NCBI GenBank assembly: GCA_964410055.1
Contig: CAYPGK010000001.1
Location: 4,101-68,100 of the forward strand
DNA from: an uncultured Gemmatimonadaceae bacterium
GTDB taxonomy: Bacteria > Gemmatimonadota > Gemmatimonadetes > Longimicrobiales > RSA9
Reading direction: 5' to 3'
DNA length: 64,000 nt
Below, in pieces: positions 28,324-41,752 of this stretch. The notes under the pieces are model-generated. The model saw only the letters and a list, made by a program, of their open reading frames with translations. It did no database searches and had not been told where the DNA came from. Position 1 is the stretch's first letter; each line of letters begins with the position of its first letter. A program made the position numbers and the translations under genes.

Positions 28324-31284
28324 ATGAGAGGGAAACGAAGCCTCTGCGTTCTGCTCCTAGGCCTCCTAGCGCCTCCCGCGTTGCAGGCGCAAGGCACGGG
28401 GCAGGTCACCGGGGTGGTCACTTCGGACATGGGAGTGCCGCTCGCCAATGCGACGGTCACGGTCGTGGGGACCCAGCTCGGTGCTCTCACCTCGGAGAAC
28501 GGCCGCTACCTCATCCTCAACGTACCGGCCGGCGAACACGTCATCGAAGTCCAGCTCATCGGCTACGCAACTCAGCAACAGACAGTCACGGTCGTCGCGG
28601 GCCAGCCTGCGGTCCTCAACTTCGAGCTCGCCTCGGAGGCGCTCGCGCTCGAGGAGGTCGTCGTCATCGGCTACGGCACGCAGAAGAGAGAACAGGTCAC
28701 GGGCGCCGTGGCGAGCATGACCTCGGCGGATTTCGTGCGCGGCCCCGCCGTGGACGCGGCCTCGCTGATCGCGGGGAAGCTGCCGGGGCTGGCCGTCAGC
28801 ACGCCGTCCGGCGACCCGACGGCGGGGACCGAGATCTCGCTGCGCGGGATCACCACGATCTCCGGCTCGACCAACCCGCTCGTGTTGATCGACGGCGTGC
28901 CGGGGAGTCTTTCGACGGTCGCGCCGCAGGATATTGAATCCATTAGCGTCCTCAAGGACGGCTCGGCCGCCGCGATCTACGGCACGCGCGGCTCGAACGG
29001 CGTCATCCTGATCACGACCAAGCGCCACGAGGGGCAGCGGGCCCGGATCCGGTACGAAGGGGACGTCAGCTACCAGACGATCTACCGCCGGCCGGAGTTC
29101 CTGACGGCGGACGATTACCGTCGGCTGATCGCCGAGGGCTATGCGTTCGAGGACCTGGGCCACTCCACGGACTGGCAGGATGCCGTTCTCCGCAACCCGC
29201 TGAGCCAGCGGCACAACATCTCGATCAGCGGCGGGATGACGAACACGAACTACACGGCGTCGCTAAACTGGGAGGACCGTCAGGGGATCTTCGAGCGTTC
29301 GGACAACCATTTGCTGACGGCTCGTGCGAACATCCGGCACACGATGTTCGACGGCAAGCTGTCGGCCGAGGCGAACTTCCTGAGCAGCACTCGGAATAAC
29401 TTCTCGGGTCCGAACTACAGCTACATCTGGCGCCAGGCGGTGATCCGCAACCCCACGGACCGGATGCGGAACGACGAGGGGAAGTGGCAGGAGCGCAGCT
29501 CGTACTTCTACACGAACCCGCTCAGCCTCCTCCACGAGACGAACGGCGAGTTCGAGCGTCGCACGCAGCGCCTTCACGGGACGGTCACGTACCAGCCGAT
29601 TCGCAACCTCCGCCTCTCGCTCATGGGCGGCACGTCGCGCACGTCGGACCTGTCGGGCGGCTCGACGACGTTCGACCACGTCGAGACGACGGTCTCGGGC
29701 AACAACAGCACGGCGTGGCGTAACGCTGGCTCGAGCGTGGACCGGATCCTGGAGCTGACGGGGACGCTCGAGGAATCTTTCGGCAGCCACAACATGACGC
29801 TGCTGGGCGGCTACAGCTACCAGGACTTCGTCAACGAGGGCTTCAGCGCATCCAACTTCCTGTTCCCGACGGACCTGTTCGACTACCACCAGCTCCAGCG
29901 GGGCGGTGCGCTGGCCGAGGGCCGTGCCAGCATGTCGAGCTACAAGAACGGGTACAAGCTGATCGGCTTCTTCGGTCGTCTGAACTACGACTGGCAGAAC
30001 CGCTTCCTCTTCATGGCGAGCATGCGCTATGAGGGGAACTCGCGCTTCGGCGCGGATCACAAGTGGGGCCTCTTCCCGGCCGTGTCGGCAGGGTGGCGAC
30101 TCACGCAGGAGAGCTTCATGGAGGCGCTCCCGTGGGTGAGCGACCTTCGGATCCGGGCCGGCTTCGGTGTGACGGGGATTGCGCCGACGAGCTCGTACCT
30201 CTCGCTTACGAGCTATACCTACGGCGGCCGCTTCCTCTACAACGGCCAGTGGGTGCAGGGGCTTTCGCCGGCGCGCAACCCGAACCCGGACCTACGTTGG
30301 GAGCGGAAGGAAGAGATCAACGTCGGGGTGAACTTCGGGCTCTTCGAGAATCGACTCCTTGGTGAGTTCGATGTCTATCGCCGCAACACCTACGACATGC
30401 TCTTCAACTACTCCGTCCCCGTCCCGCCTTACCTCTACGGCAGCATCCTCGCAAACGTCGGCCACATGCTCAATGAAGGCATCGAAGCGCAGCTCAGCTA
30501 CGATGTCATCAACAACGGCAGCGTGCGTTGGACGACGTCGGCGAACTGGTCGACCAACCGCAACAAGCTCGTCAGCCTGTCGGACGATACGTTCCGGCCG
30601 CAGTCGGACTACTTCTACGACGGCCACACGGGCGAGCCGATCCAGATGTCGACGCACCGCATCGACGTCGGCGGGCCGATCGGCAACTTCTACGGCTACA
30701 AGTCGGTCGACATCGATGACACCGGCGCCTGGATCGTCCTGAACAAGGACGGTGAGCCCATCTCGATCCGTGACGTGACGGAGGATGACCGCCACGTGCT
30801 CGGCAACGGGATTCCAAAGCACTACCTGGCGTGGAACAACAACGTGCAGGTCGGACGGTTCGACATCGGCGTGAACATGCGCGGCGCGTTCGGCTTCCAG
30901 ATCCTGAACTTCCAGCGCATGTACTACGAGAACCCGACGATTCTCCAGTACAACATGCTGAAGTCGGCCTTCGAGCCGGTCTACGGCAAGCGTCTCCTCA
31001 ACTACGACCTGGCCTACGTCAGCTACTACGTCGAGGACGGCGACTACTGGAAGCTCGACAACGCTACGATCGGCTACACGTTCAGCCCGGATGCCCTGGG
31101 CGTGTTCGGCGGCACGCTGTCGAACCTGCGGGTCTACCTGTCCGGGCGTAACCTCATGACGCTCACGGGCTACAAGGGGATCGACCCCGAGGTGCGGACC
31201 ACCGGGCTCAGCCCGGGGACCGACCACCGGGACAAGTACCCGACGACGCGCACCTTCACGCTGGGCGTGAGCGCGACGTTCTGA
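28324..31284 (+). CDS. SusC/RagA family TonB-linked outer membrane protein
   Basis: ATG 28324 with signal peptide. Carboxypeptidase-regulatory-like N-domain, plug (VIGYGTQKREQVTGAV...ILITTKR), about 22-strand barrel length, C-terminal TFTLGVSATF. Confidence 0.9.
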   Translation: MRGKRSLCVLLLGLLAPPALQAQGTGQVTGVVTSDMGVPLANATVTVVGTQLGALTSENGRYLILNVPAGEHVIEVQLIGYATQQQTVTVVAGQPAVLNFELASEALALEEVVVIGYGTQKREQVTGAVASMTSADFVRGPAVDAASLIAGKLPGLAVSTPSGDPTAGTEISLRGITTISGSTNPLVLIDGVPGSLSTVAPQDIESISVLKDGSAAAIYGTRGSNGVILITTKRHEGQRARIRYEGDVSYQTIYRRPEFLTADDYRRLIAEGYAFEDLGHSTDWQDAVLRNPLSQRHNISISGGMTNTNYTASLNWEDRQGIFERSDNHLLTARANIRHTMFDGKLSAEANFLSSTRNNFSGPNYSYIWRQAVIRNPTDRMRNDEGKWQERSSYFYTNPLSLLHETNGEFERRTQRLHGTVTYQPIRNLRLSLMGGTSRTSDLSGGSTTFDHVETTVSGNNSTAWRNAGSSVDRILELTGTLEESFGSHNMTLLGGYSYQDFVNEGFSASNFLFPTDLFDYHQLQRGGALAEGRASMSSYKNGYKLIGFFGRLNYDWQNRFLFMASMRYEGNSRFGADHKWGLFPAVSAGWRLTQESFMEALPWVSDLRIRAGFGVTGIAPTSSYLSLTSYTYGGRFLYNGQWVQGLSPARNPNPDLRWERKEEINVGVNFGLFENRLLGEFDVYRRNTYDMLFNYSVPVPPYLYGSILANVGHMLNEGIEAQLSYDVINNGSVRWTTSANWSTNRNKLVSLSDDTFRPQSDYFYDGHTGEPIQMSTHRIDVGGPIGNFYGYKSVDIDDTGAWIVLNKDGEPISIRDVTEDDRHVLGNGIPKHYLAWNNNVQVGRFDIGVNMRGAFGFQILNFQRMYYENPTILQYNMLKSAFEPVYGKRLLNYDLAYVSYYVEDGDYWKLDNATIGYTFSPDALGVFGGTLSNLRVYLSGRNLMTLTGYKGIDPEVRTTGLSPGTDHRDKYPTTRTFTLGVSATF

Positions 31285-31414
31285 GCGATCACGAGCGGAC
31301 GCGTCGGGGCGCGGCCACGGCCGGACACGGCCGGCCCCGACGTCCGCAGGCCGAACCGGACCAATGTTGGACTCACGCGCGTCGAACCGCGCCCAACAGG
31401 AAGCACGGAATAAA

Positions 31415-33025
31415 ATGAGATCGATGTCGACCAAACGACTTGCGGCCTTCGCCCTACTGGGCGCGATCGTGGCCGCCCCGGCGTGCACGGACTTGACCGA
31501 GACGCCGTATGCGGAGATCACTGAAGCGAACTTCAACCCGAACGCGGGCGACCTGGCCGCCCTCATGGCGCCGGCGTACACCCCCCTGCGCCAGATCTGG
31601 ATGAGCTGGTACGGGATGGTCGACTTCCAGGGGGAGACGGCGGACATCCTGATCACGCCGGTCCGGCCGAACGGCTGGTACGACGGCGGCACCTACATCC
31701 GTCTGCACGAGCACCGCTGGGACGTGAGCCAGGGTCAGCCCAGCTCGCTCTGGAGCCGCTCGTTCAGCGGGATCAACGCCGCCAACCGGGTGATCTACCA
31801 GATCGAATCCGGCGTCATTCCGGTCGAGGATCCGGCCAAGACGGCGACGCTCGCCGAGCTCAAGGCGCTGCGCGCCTACTACTACTCGCTGCTGCTCGAC
31901 AACTTCGGCAACGTTCCGCTCGCCACGGACTTCACGGCGACGGAGCCGCCGGAGCAGGCGACGCGCACGGAGCTCTTCGACTTCGTCGTCAAGGAGCTCG
32001 AGTCCGCGCTGCCGAACCTCTCGAAGGAGACGGGCACGCCGATGTACGGCCGCATGAACTACTGGGCCGCCGTTGGGATCCTCGCCCGCGTCTACCTGAA
32101 CGCCGAGGTCTACACCGGCACGGCGCACTGGCAGAAGGTGATCGACTACGCCGACGAGATCATCGACTCCGGCCTCTTCGAGCTCGAGGCGGAATACCGC
32201 CGGCCGTTCGCGCGGGACAACCACACGTCGAAGGAGCTCGTCTGGGCGGTGCCCTACGACATGATCCACGCCACCGAGAGCAACTTCCACATGAAGACGC
32301 TCAAGCCGGCGCTACAGTACGCGCTCGGTCTGGCGGCGCAGCCGTGGGGCGGGAGCGCGTCGAACCCGCAGTTCATCGACACGTACGACCCGGATGACAC
32401 GCGCCTCGAGGACACGTGGCTCATCGGCCCGCACTTCGACAGCGAGGGCCGCGGCTACGACTTCGAGCAGCACGTCCCGTCGATCACGGAGACCGAGTTC
32501 CACCACGGCTATCCGGTGTGGAAGTACGAGATCTACACCGGGATGACGGGCGCATCGGACGTGGACTACCCGATCATGCGCTACGCCGAGGTCCTGATGA
32601 TGAAGGCCGAGGCGCTGCTGCGGACGGGCAAGGCGGATGACGCCGCGGTGCTCGTGACGAAGGTCCGCGAGCGGGCGTTCGCGCGTACGAACCCGGCCAA
32701 GGCCGTCGTGACCGGCGCCGAGCTGCTGCAGGGCAGCCGCTACAACTACGGCTGGTACGACGTGGACGGCGTGGTCAAGGATGGCCCGGGCGGCACGCCG
32801 GTCGTGAACGGCGGCGCCGACATCCAGTACGGCCGCTTCCTCGACGAGCTCGGTTGGGAGTTCGCCGCGGAGGGTCACCGGCGGCAGCACCTGATCCGCT
32901 TCGGCGTCTTCACCACGAAGACGTGGTTCAACCACAAGCCGAACGGGGATCACCGTACGATCTTCGCGATCCCGCAGTGGGCGATCGACACGAACCCGAA
33001 GCTGACGCAGAACCCGGGGTACTGA
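31415..33025 (+). CDS. SusD/RagB family nutrient-binding outer membrane lipoprotein
   Basis: ATG 31415. Lipobox IVAAPAC. Immediately downstream of SusC. Family-typical RAYYYSLLLDNFGNVP and MRYAEVLMMKAEA segments. Confidence 0.85.
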   Translation: MRSMSTKRLAAFALLGAIVAAPACTDLTETPYAEITEANFNPNAGDLAALMAPAYTPLRQIWMSWYGMVDFQGETADILITPVRPNGWYDGGTYIRLHEHRWDVSQGQPSSLWSRSFSGINAANRVIYQIESGVIPVEDPAKTATLAELKALRAYYYSLLLDNFGNVPLATDFTATEPPEQATRTELFDFVVKELESALPNLSKETGTPMYGRMNYWAAVGILARVYLNAEVYTGTAHWQKVIDYADEIIDSGLFELEAEYRRPFARDNHTSKELVWAVPYDMIHATESNFHMKTLKPALQYALGLAAQPWGGSASNPQFIDTYDPDDTRLEDTWLIGPHFDSEGRGYDFEQHVPSITETEFHHGYPVWKYEIYTGMTGASDVDYPIMRYAEVLMMKAEALLRTGKADDAAVLVTKVRERAFARTNPAKAVVTGAELLQGSRYNYGWYDVDGVVKDGPGGTPVVNGGADIQYGRFLDELGWEFAAEGHRRQHLIRFGVFTTKTWFNHKPNGDHRTIFAIPQWAIDTNPKLTQNPGY

Positions 33026-33065
33026 TGTCGTCGCCGCCCACCCTCGCGGTGGGCGAGTGACGGAC

Positions 33066-33110
33066 ACGCACGGGTGCCGCTTGCCCAGCCGGCACCCGTG
33101 CGTTGTTTCT
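33066..33110 (+). terminator. rho-independent terminator after SusD
   Basis: 14-bp perfect stem ACGCACGGGTGCCG/CGGCACCCGTGCGT, 10-nt loop, then TGTTTCT. Confidence 0.8.
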
Positions 33111-33334
33111 GCCCTCCCGGCGGGTTCCCACGGGATCGGCAGGCCGCTCGGGACCCAACCCGGTCGACCGGTCCGCGCGCCGGCGCGATACCCGGCCCGG
33201 CATCTGCATGGACCCTTCCCTGCACGAGGTTGCGGAGACCAGCGGGCCGGACCCATCATGGGGCGTCATGCCCCATGCGTCGAACGGGCTCGCGTCACGC
33301 TCCATCGCCGCTGCAGGCGGCAAAGGAGGGGAGC

Positions 33335-33817
33335 ATGTCGAGGAGAGGACCACGCGCGGTTGTCGCGGGTGCCGCCCTGTTCGCGGTCGCCTGCGGCCCG
33401 CCCGGGCTTCCGCCCGCCGGACCGGAACCCGGGGAGGTGGAAATCGGGTACGATGCGCAGCCCAAGGAGGAGGTGACGGGCGCCGTCACCTCCATCCCGG
33501 AAGACCAGATCGCCGAACATCGTCCGCTCCGTTTCGACGAGCTGATGCGCGGTCGCGTGCCCGGGTTGACCGTCATCCCGCGCGGCGACGGCGGCTACAC
33601 GATCCGGATCCGGGGGATCGACTCCCTCGAGTCCTCGCCGGAACCGCTCATCGTCGTCGACGGGATCCCGATCACGACGGATGCGATCGACACCGCGCTC
33701 GCCGGGCTTACGCCGGACGACATTCGGCAGGTGGACGTGCTCCGGGACGTATCCGCCACGTCGATTTACGGAATCCGCGGCGCCGGCGGCGTGATCATCA
33801 TCACGACGCGAAGGTAG
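33335..33817 (+). CDS. stand-alone TonB-dependent-receptor plug domain lipoprotein
   Basis: ATG 33335 after GGAGGGGAG. Lipobox LFAVAC. Residues about 40-160 align by eye with the plug of the SusC protein (EEVTGAVTSI...IRGI...PLIVVDG...SIYGIRGAGGVIIITTRR). No barrel follows. Confidence 0.75.
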   Translation: MSRRGPRAVVAGAALFAVACGPPGLPPAGPEPGEVEIGYDAQPKEEVTGAVTSIPEDQIAEHRPLRFDELMRGRVPGLTVIPRGDGGYTIRIRGIDSLESSPEPLIVVDGIPITTDAIDTALAGLTPDDIRQVDVLRDVSATSIYGIRGAGGVIIITTRR

Positions 33818-33887
33818 CGGTGCGGGACCGGGCGCGACGCCCGGGGCCCCTGCCCCGCGCGCCGCGCCTCGATCCTGCACGGTTGCC

Positions 33888-35384
33888 ATGCGACGACTGC
33901 TTGCACTGACCACCGCGCTCGCATTCGCCGGTTGCGGCGATGCGTCCGCGCCCCCCGCCCCGTCCTTCGAAGCGCTCTTCCCCGCGGTCGAAGGCGGCCT
34001 CATGACCAACTCCTCGCCCGCCTTCGCGGACCTCGACGGCGACGGCACGCCCGACATCGTCTTCGGCTCGGGCGTGGACCGTGTGCGGCCCGCACCCTCG
34101 CGCGACCGCTACACCTTCGTCCAGGAGCCCGAAATTCCGGGCTACGTCATCGCCGTCTCGGGTGCGACGAACGAGGTCCTCTGGCGCACGCCGAACCCGG
34201 GCGAGGCGTTCACGTACCCGAGGTTCGCGGACCTGAATGGAGACGGCACGCCCGACGTCGTCATGGGCGGCCGGGAGGGCGCGTTCAGCGCGTACGACGG
34301 CCGGGACGGCTCGCTCCTCTGGCGGACCGATCCGGCGCGCGTGGCGCGCACCCCCGTCCCGTACAATTTCTTCACGCCCGCCATCCTCCCGGACGTGAAC
34401 GGCGACGGCGTGGCCGACCTCGTCGTCATGTACGGCGGCGACGACACGCGCCCGCCTGGCACGCCACGCGACGCCGGCTACATCGCCCTGGTCTCCGGGG
34501 CGGACGGCGCCGTGATCGCGTCCTACCCGACGCCGGACGGCGCGGAGAGCTACGCTTCCGTCGTCCTCTACGAGAGGGCCGACGGGACCTCCTGGATCGT
34601 CTTCGGGACCGGCGGCGAAACGCACGGCGGCGCGGCGTACCGCGCGCCCCTGGCCTCGCTGCTGGACGGCACCTTCCCCGAGCGCGTCGAGCGGCTGACC
34701 GAACCCGGGGCGAAGGGCGTGATCGCTCCGGCCACCGTCGTCGACCTCACGGGCGATGGCGAGCCGGACCTCGCGATCAGCACCTTCGACGGCCGCCTCG
34801 TCGTCCTGGACGGCGCCACGGGGCGGACGCTGTGGGAGCGGAGCGTGGAGGAAGAAGAGACCTACCACCAGCCGGCCGTCGTCCGCATTTCACGGGACGG
34901 CCGTCTCGGGCTCTTCGTCTCGCGCGGCATCGGGACGTTCCCGCGCTACCTGGCCACCGTGCACCGGCTCTACGACGCCGCGGACGGCGAGCTCCTCTAC
35001 GAGTACCGCGACGGCTTCTTCCCGGGCGGCGCGCCCCTGGCCGTCGACCTCGACGGCGACGGGATCGATGAGCCGTTCTTCTTCTCGATCCGCTTCCCCC
35101 TCGCCCACGGCGGGCGGATCCACGTGCTCCACCTCCCGACGCAGACGCTGGTCACGCACGACCTGCCCGCCAACCTGGGGAGCACGCCGGCGATCGCGGA
35201 CCCGCGCGGCACGGGCCGGCTCGAGCTGATCGGGCCCTCGTGGCACGTCGTCGAAAGCGACGGCCCGCCCGACTGGCGCCACATGCGCTGGACCCTCCAC
35301 CGGCTCGACCTCGGCGCGAAGCCGCCGGCCGACCCGAGCTGGGCGGCGTACATGGGGACGACAGGGGACGGGGTGTATCGGTAG
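33888..35384 (+). CDS. FG-GAP/PQQ-like beta-propeller lipoprotein
   Basis: Lipobox ALAFAGC. Repeated FADLDGDGTPD / DVNGDGVADL / DLTGDGEPDL Ca-binding FG-GAP-like motifs and GxxLWR repeats. Confidence 0.8.
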   Translation: MRRLLALTTALAFAGCGDASAPPAPSFEALFPAVEGGLMTNSSPAFADLDGDGTPDIVFGSGVDRVRPAPSRDRYTFVQEPEIPGYVIAVSGATNEVLWRTPNPGEAFTYPRFADLNGDGTPDVVMGGREGAFSAYDGRDGSLLWRTDPARVARTPVPYNFFTPAILPDVNGDGVADLVVMYGGDDTRPPGTPRDAGYIALVSGADGAVIASYPTPDGAESYASVVLYERADGTSWIVFGTGGETHGGAAYRAPLASLLDGTFPERVERLTEPGAKGVIAPATVVDLTGDGEPDLAISTFDGRLVVLDGATGRTLWERSVEEEETYHQPAVVRISRDGRLGLFVSRGIGTFPRYLATVHRLYDAADGELLYEYRDGFFPGGAPLAVDLDGDGIDEPFFFSIRFPLAHGGRIHVLHLPTQTLVTHDLPANLGSTPAIADPRGTGRLELIGPSWHVVESDGPPDWRHMRWTLHRLDLGAKPPADPSWAAYMGTTGDGVYR

Positions 35385-35395
35385 GACGATGCGAA

Positions 35396-35431
35396 ACGGG
35401 GCCGCGATCCAATCACGGATCGCGGCCCCGT
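35396..35431. terminator. bidirectional stem-loop between the convergent FG-GAP and S9 peptidase genes
   Basis: 15-bp perfect stem ACGGGGCCGCGATCC/GGATCGCGGCCCCGT, 6-nt loop. Confidence 0.7.
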
Positions 35432-35449
35432 CCCTTCACTACGACCGCC

Positions 35450-37849
<2,400 letters not shown>

Positions 37850-37911
37850 CGAGAGCCTCCTACTGGGGCCAAGGTGGGCGAGTGTCGTGGAGCCTCGTGC
37901 GCGGCTTCAAC

Positions 37912-37942
37912 TTGACACCGTCTCGCTACGGACTTTTATATT
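37912..37942 (+). promoter_or_regulatory. sigma70-like promoter for the DUF885 gene
   Basis: TTGACA at 37912-37917. A spacer of 17-19 nt leads to TTTATA/TTATAT/TATATT. Confidence 0.4.
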
Positions 37943-37948
37943 ATATCC
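37936..37948. promoter_or_regulatory. dyad-motif site d (TTATATTATATCC)
   Basis: Lies between the divergent S9 peptidase and DUF885 genes. Overlaps the -10 of a TTGACA-N17-19 promoter. Confidence 0.45.
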
Positions 37949-38079
37949 CACGCTTTTGTCGGCGGCCAGTGGAGCGCGGGCCAGGGCCGCACACCCGAAG
38001 CCGGCCGTGCGGCGCCCGCCCTCGAGCCGCCGGTCGCAGAATCCAGCCCTCCGCACTTCCAGACTTCGAGGAGGAGTCC

Positions 38080-39963
<1,884 letters not shown>

Positions 39964-39977
39964 GCTACGGTGCCGCG

Positions 39978-40017
39978 TGAGCCGGCCCGGCCGCGATCGG
40001 GCGGCCGGGCCGGCTCA
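39978..40017 (+). terminator. strong stem-loop after the DUF885 gene (no U-tract)
   Basis: 17-bp perfect stem TGAGCCGGCCCGGCCGC/GCGGCCGGGCCGGCTCA, 6-nt loop. Confidence 0.6.
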
Positions 40018-40031
40018 TGCCCGGGAGCGTC

Positions 40032-40044
40032 GGATACGATATAA
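40032..40044. promoter_or_regulatory. dyad-motif site e (GGATACGATATAA)
   Basis: 81 nt upstream of the MFS ATG, 15 nt after the 17-bp stem-loop that follows the DUF885 gene. Confidence 0.45.
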
Positions 40045-40124
40045 AAGGCCCAGCACCCCTGCTCCGACTGTGGGACGGAGCCGCGGGGCTGCACGCGAGA
40101 GCACCCTTACAGGAAAGGCAGGTC

Positions 40125-41687
40125 ATGGGGATCGCGAGCGAAACGGAACGCGGCATTGCGCGCGGCAGGCTGTTCACGGGCGTCTGCCTGGCGCTGGTGC
40201 CGACCGGCGCATCCTTCGCGCTGGTCAGCAACATCCTGATCCAGCTCAAGCAGGAATTCATCCTGACGAACTACCAGGTTGGCCAGATCTCGGGCGCGGC
40301 GGTGTGGGGGATGGCGGTCTCGCTCCTGATCTTCGGCCCGCTCCTGGAGTCGTACGGGATGAAGAACGCGGCGCGGGCCGCGTTCGGCGCGCATCTTCTC
40401 GGGACGACGCTGATGATTTCGGCGGTGACGCGGGTGGGTGATCCATCCGCGTTCTGGTTGTTGATGGGGGGTGCCGCGCTGCTGGCAATGGGGAACGGGA
40501 TGATCGAGGTGACGGGCAATCCGCTGGTCGCTGCGCTCTACCCGGACCAGAAGACGATGCGGCTCAACTGGTTCCACGCCTTCTTCCCGATCGGGATGAT
40601 GGCGGGCGGGCTGATCGGCTTCGTCATGGCGAACTGGGGCGGGCCGCTGGCGTACTGGCCGTACCAGCTCGCGGTCATCTACCTGCCGGTGCTGGTCTAC
40701 GGCTTCCTGCTGCTCCCGCAGCAGTTCCCGAAGACGGAGAACGCGGAGGCCGGGCTGCCGTGGAAGGAGATGTTCCGCTACACGCTGACGCATCCGGCCG
40801 TCCTGATGATGCTCGTCCTCATGGGGATCTCCACCTCGATCGAGATGGGCCCGATGCGTTGGATCCCGGCGATGCTGGAGTCGGCCGGCGTGCACGGGAT
40901 CCTGGTGCTCGTCTGGATCAGCGGGTGGATGGTGCTGCTCCGGATGCTGTCCGGTCATTTCGTGAAGCGCCTCTCGCCTCCGGGGATGCTCGTCACGGCG
41001 TCGTTCCTGACGGGGACGGGGCTGGTGCTCTTCAGCTTCGTCGAGTCGATGTGGTCGGCGCTGCTGGTGGCGACGGTCTACGCGTGGGGGATCGCCTTCT
41101 TCTTCCCGACGATGGTCGGCACGTTGAGCGAGCGCTGGCCCAAGACGGGCTCGCTCGGGATCGTGCTCATGGGCGGGATGGCGTTCCTCATCTCGGGCGG
41201 CGTCGGCGTGCCGCTCATGGGCAAGCTCGCGGACGGCTACCTGGCCGAGGCGCTCGACCCGGCGGCGACCGTCGCGTTCCTGGAGCAGGTCGAGGAGCGC
41301 TTCCCCGAGCACCTCGCGCGGGCGGAATCGGCGGAGGACGCGTCCGAGCTCGGCTACAGGGCGGGCGAGGTCCGCGATGCGCTGGCCGCGGCGACCTCCG
41401 CGCTGGAGGTCTACCGCTCGACGGGCGAGCTGCCCGGTGATGCTACGGCGAACGCGCTGCGAAGCGTCCTGGCGACGCAGGTGCCGGGCGAGCCGCTGGT
41501 CGGCGAGGCGGGCGCGATCCTGCAGCCGGTCGAGGCGTACGGCGGGAAGATGTCCTTCCGCTACGTCGCGCCGGGCGCCCTGATCCTGTTCGTCGTGTTC
41601 GGCATCATGTACCTGAACGACCGTCGCCGGGGCGGCTACCGCGTCGTGCGTCTGGAGCACGTCACGGAAGGCGCGTCGGCCGACTGA
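40125..41687 (+). CDS. MFS transporter with ~120-aa soluble insertion before the last TM helix
   Basis: ATG 40125. 11 TM-like segments, then a soluble stretch (LAEALDPAAT...VEAYGGK) and a final TM APGALILFVVFGIMYL. Confidence 0.85.
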   Translation: MGIASETERGIARGRLFTGVCLALVPTGASFALVSNILIQLKQEFILTNYQVGQISGAAVWGMAVSLLIFGPLLESYGMKNAARAAFGAHLLGTTLMISAVTRVGDPSAFWLLMGGAALLAMGNGMIEVTGNPLVAALYPDQKTMRLNWFHAFFPIGMMAGGLIGFVMANWGGPLAYWPYQLAVIYLPVLVYGFLLLPQQFPKTENAEAGLPWKEMFRYTLTHPAVLMMLVLMGISTSIEMGPMRWIPAMLESAGVHGILVLVWISGWMVLLRMLSGHFVKRLSPPGMLVTASFLTGTGLVLFSFVESMWSALLVATVYAWGIAFFFPTMVGTLSERWPKTGSLGIVLMGGMAFLISGGVGVPLMGKLADGYLAEALDPAATVAFLEQVEERFPEHLARAESAEDASELGYRAGEVRDALAAATSALEVYRSTGELPGDATANALRSVLATQVPGEPLVGEAGAILQPVEAYGGKMSFRYVAPGALILFVVFGIMYLNDRRRGGYRVVRLEHVTEGASAD

Positions 41688-41752
41688 ACCGGCACGATCC
41701 GGTAATGATTCACCATTTCCAAGCGAGTCAGGCGATGACGGATAAGCATAAG

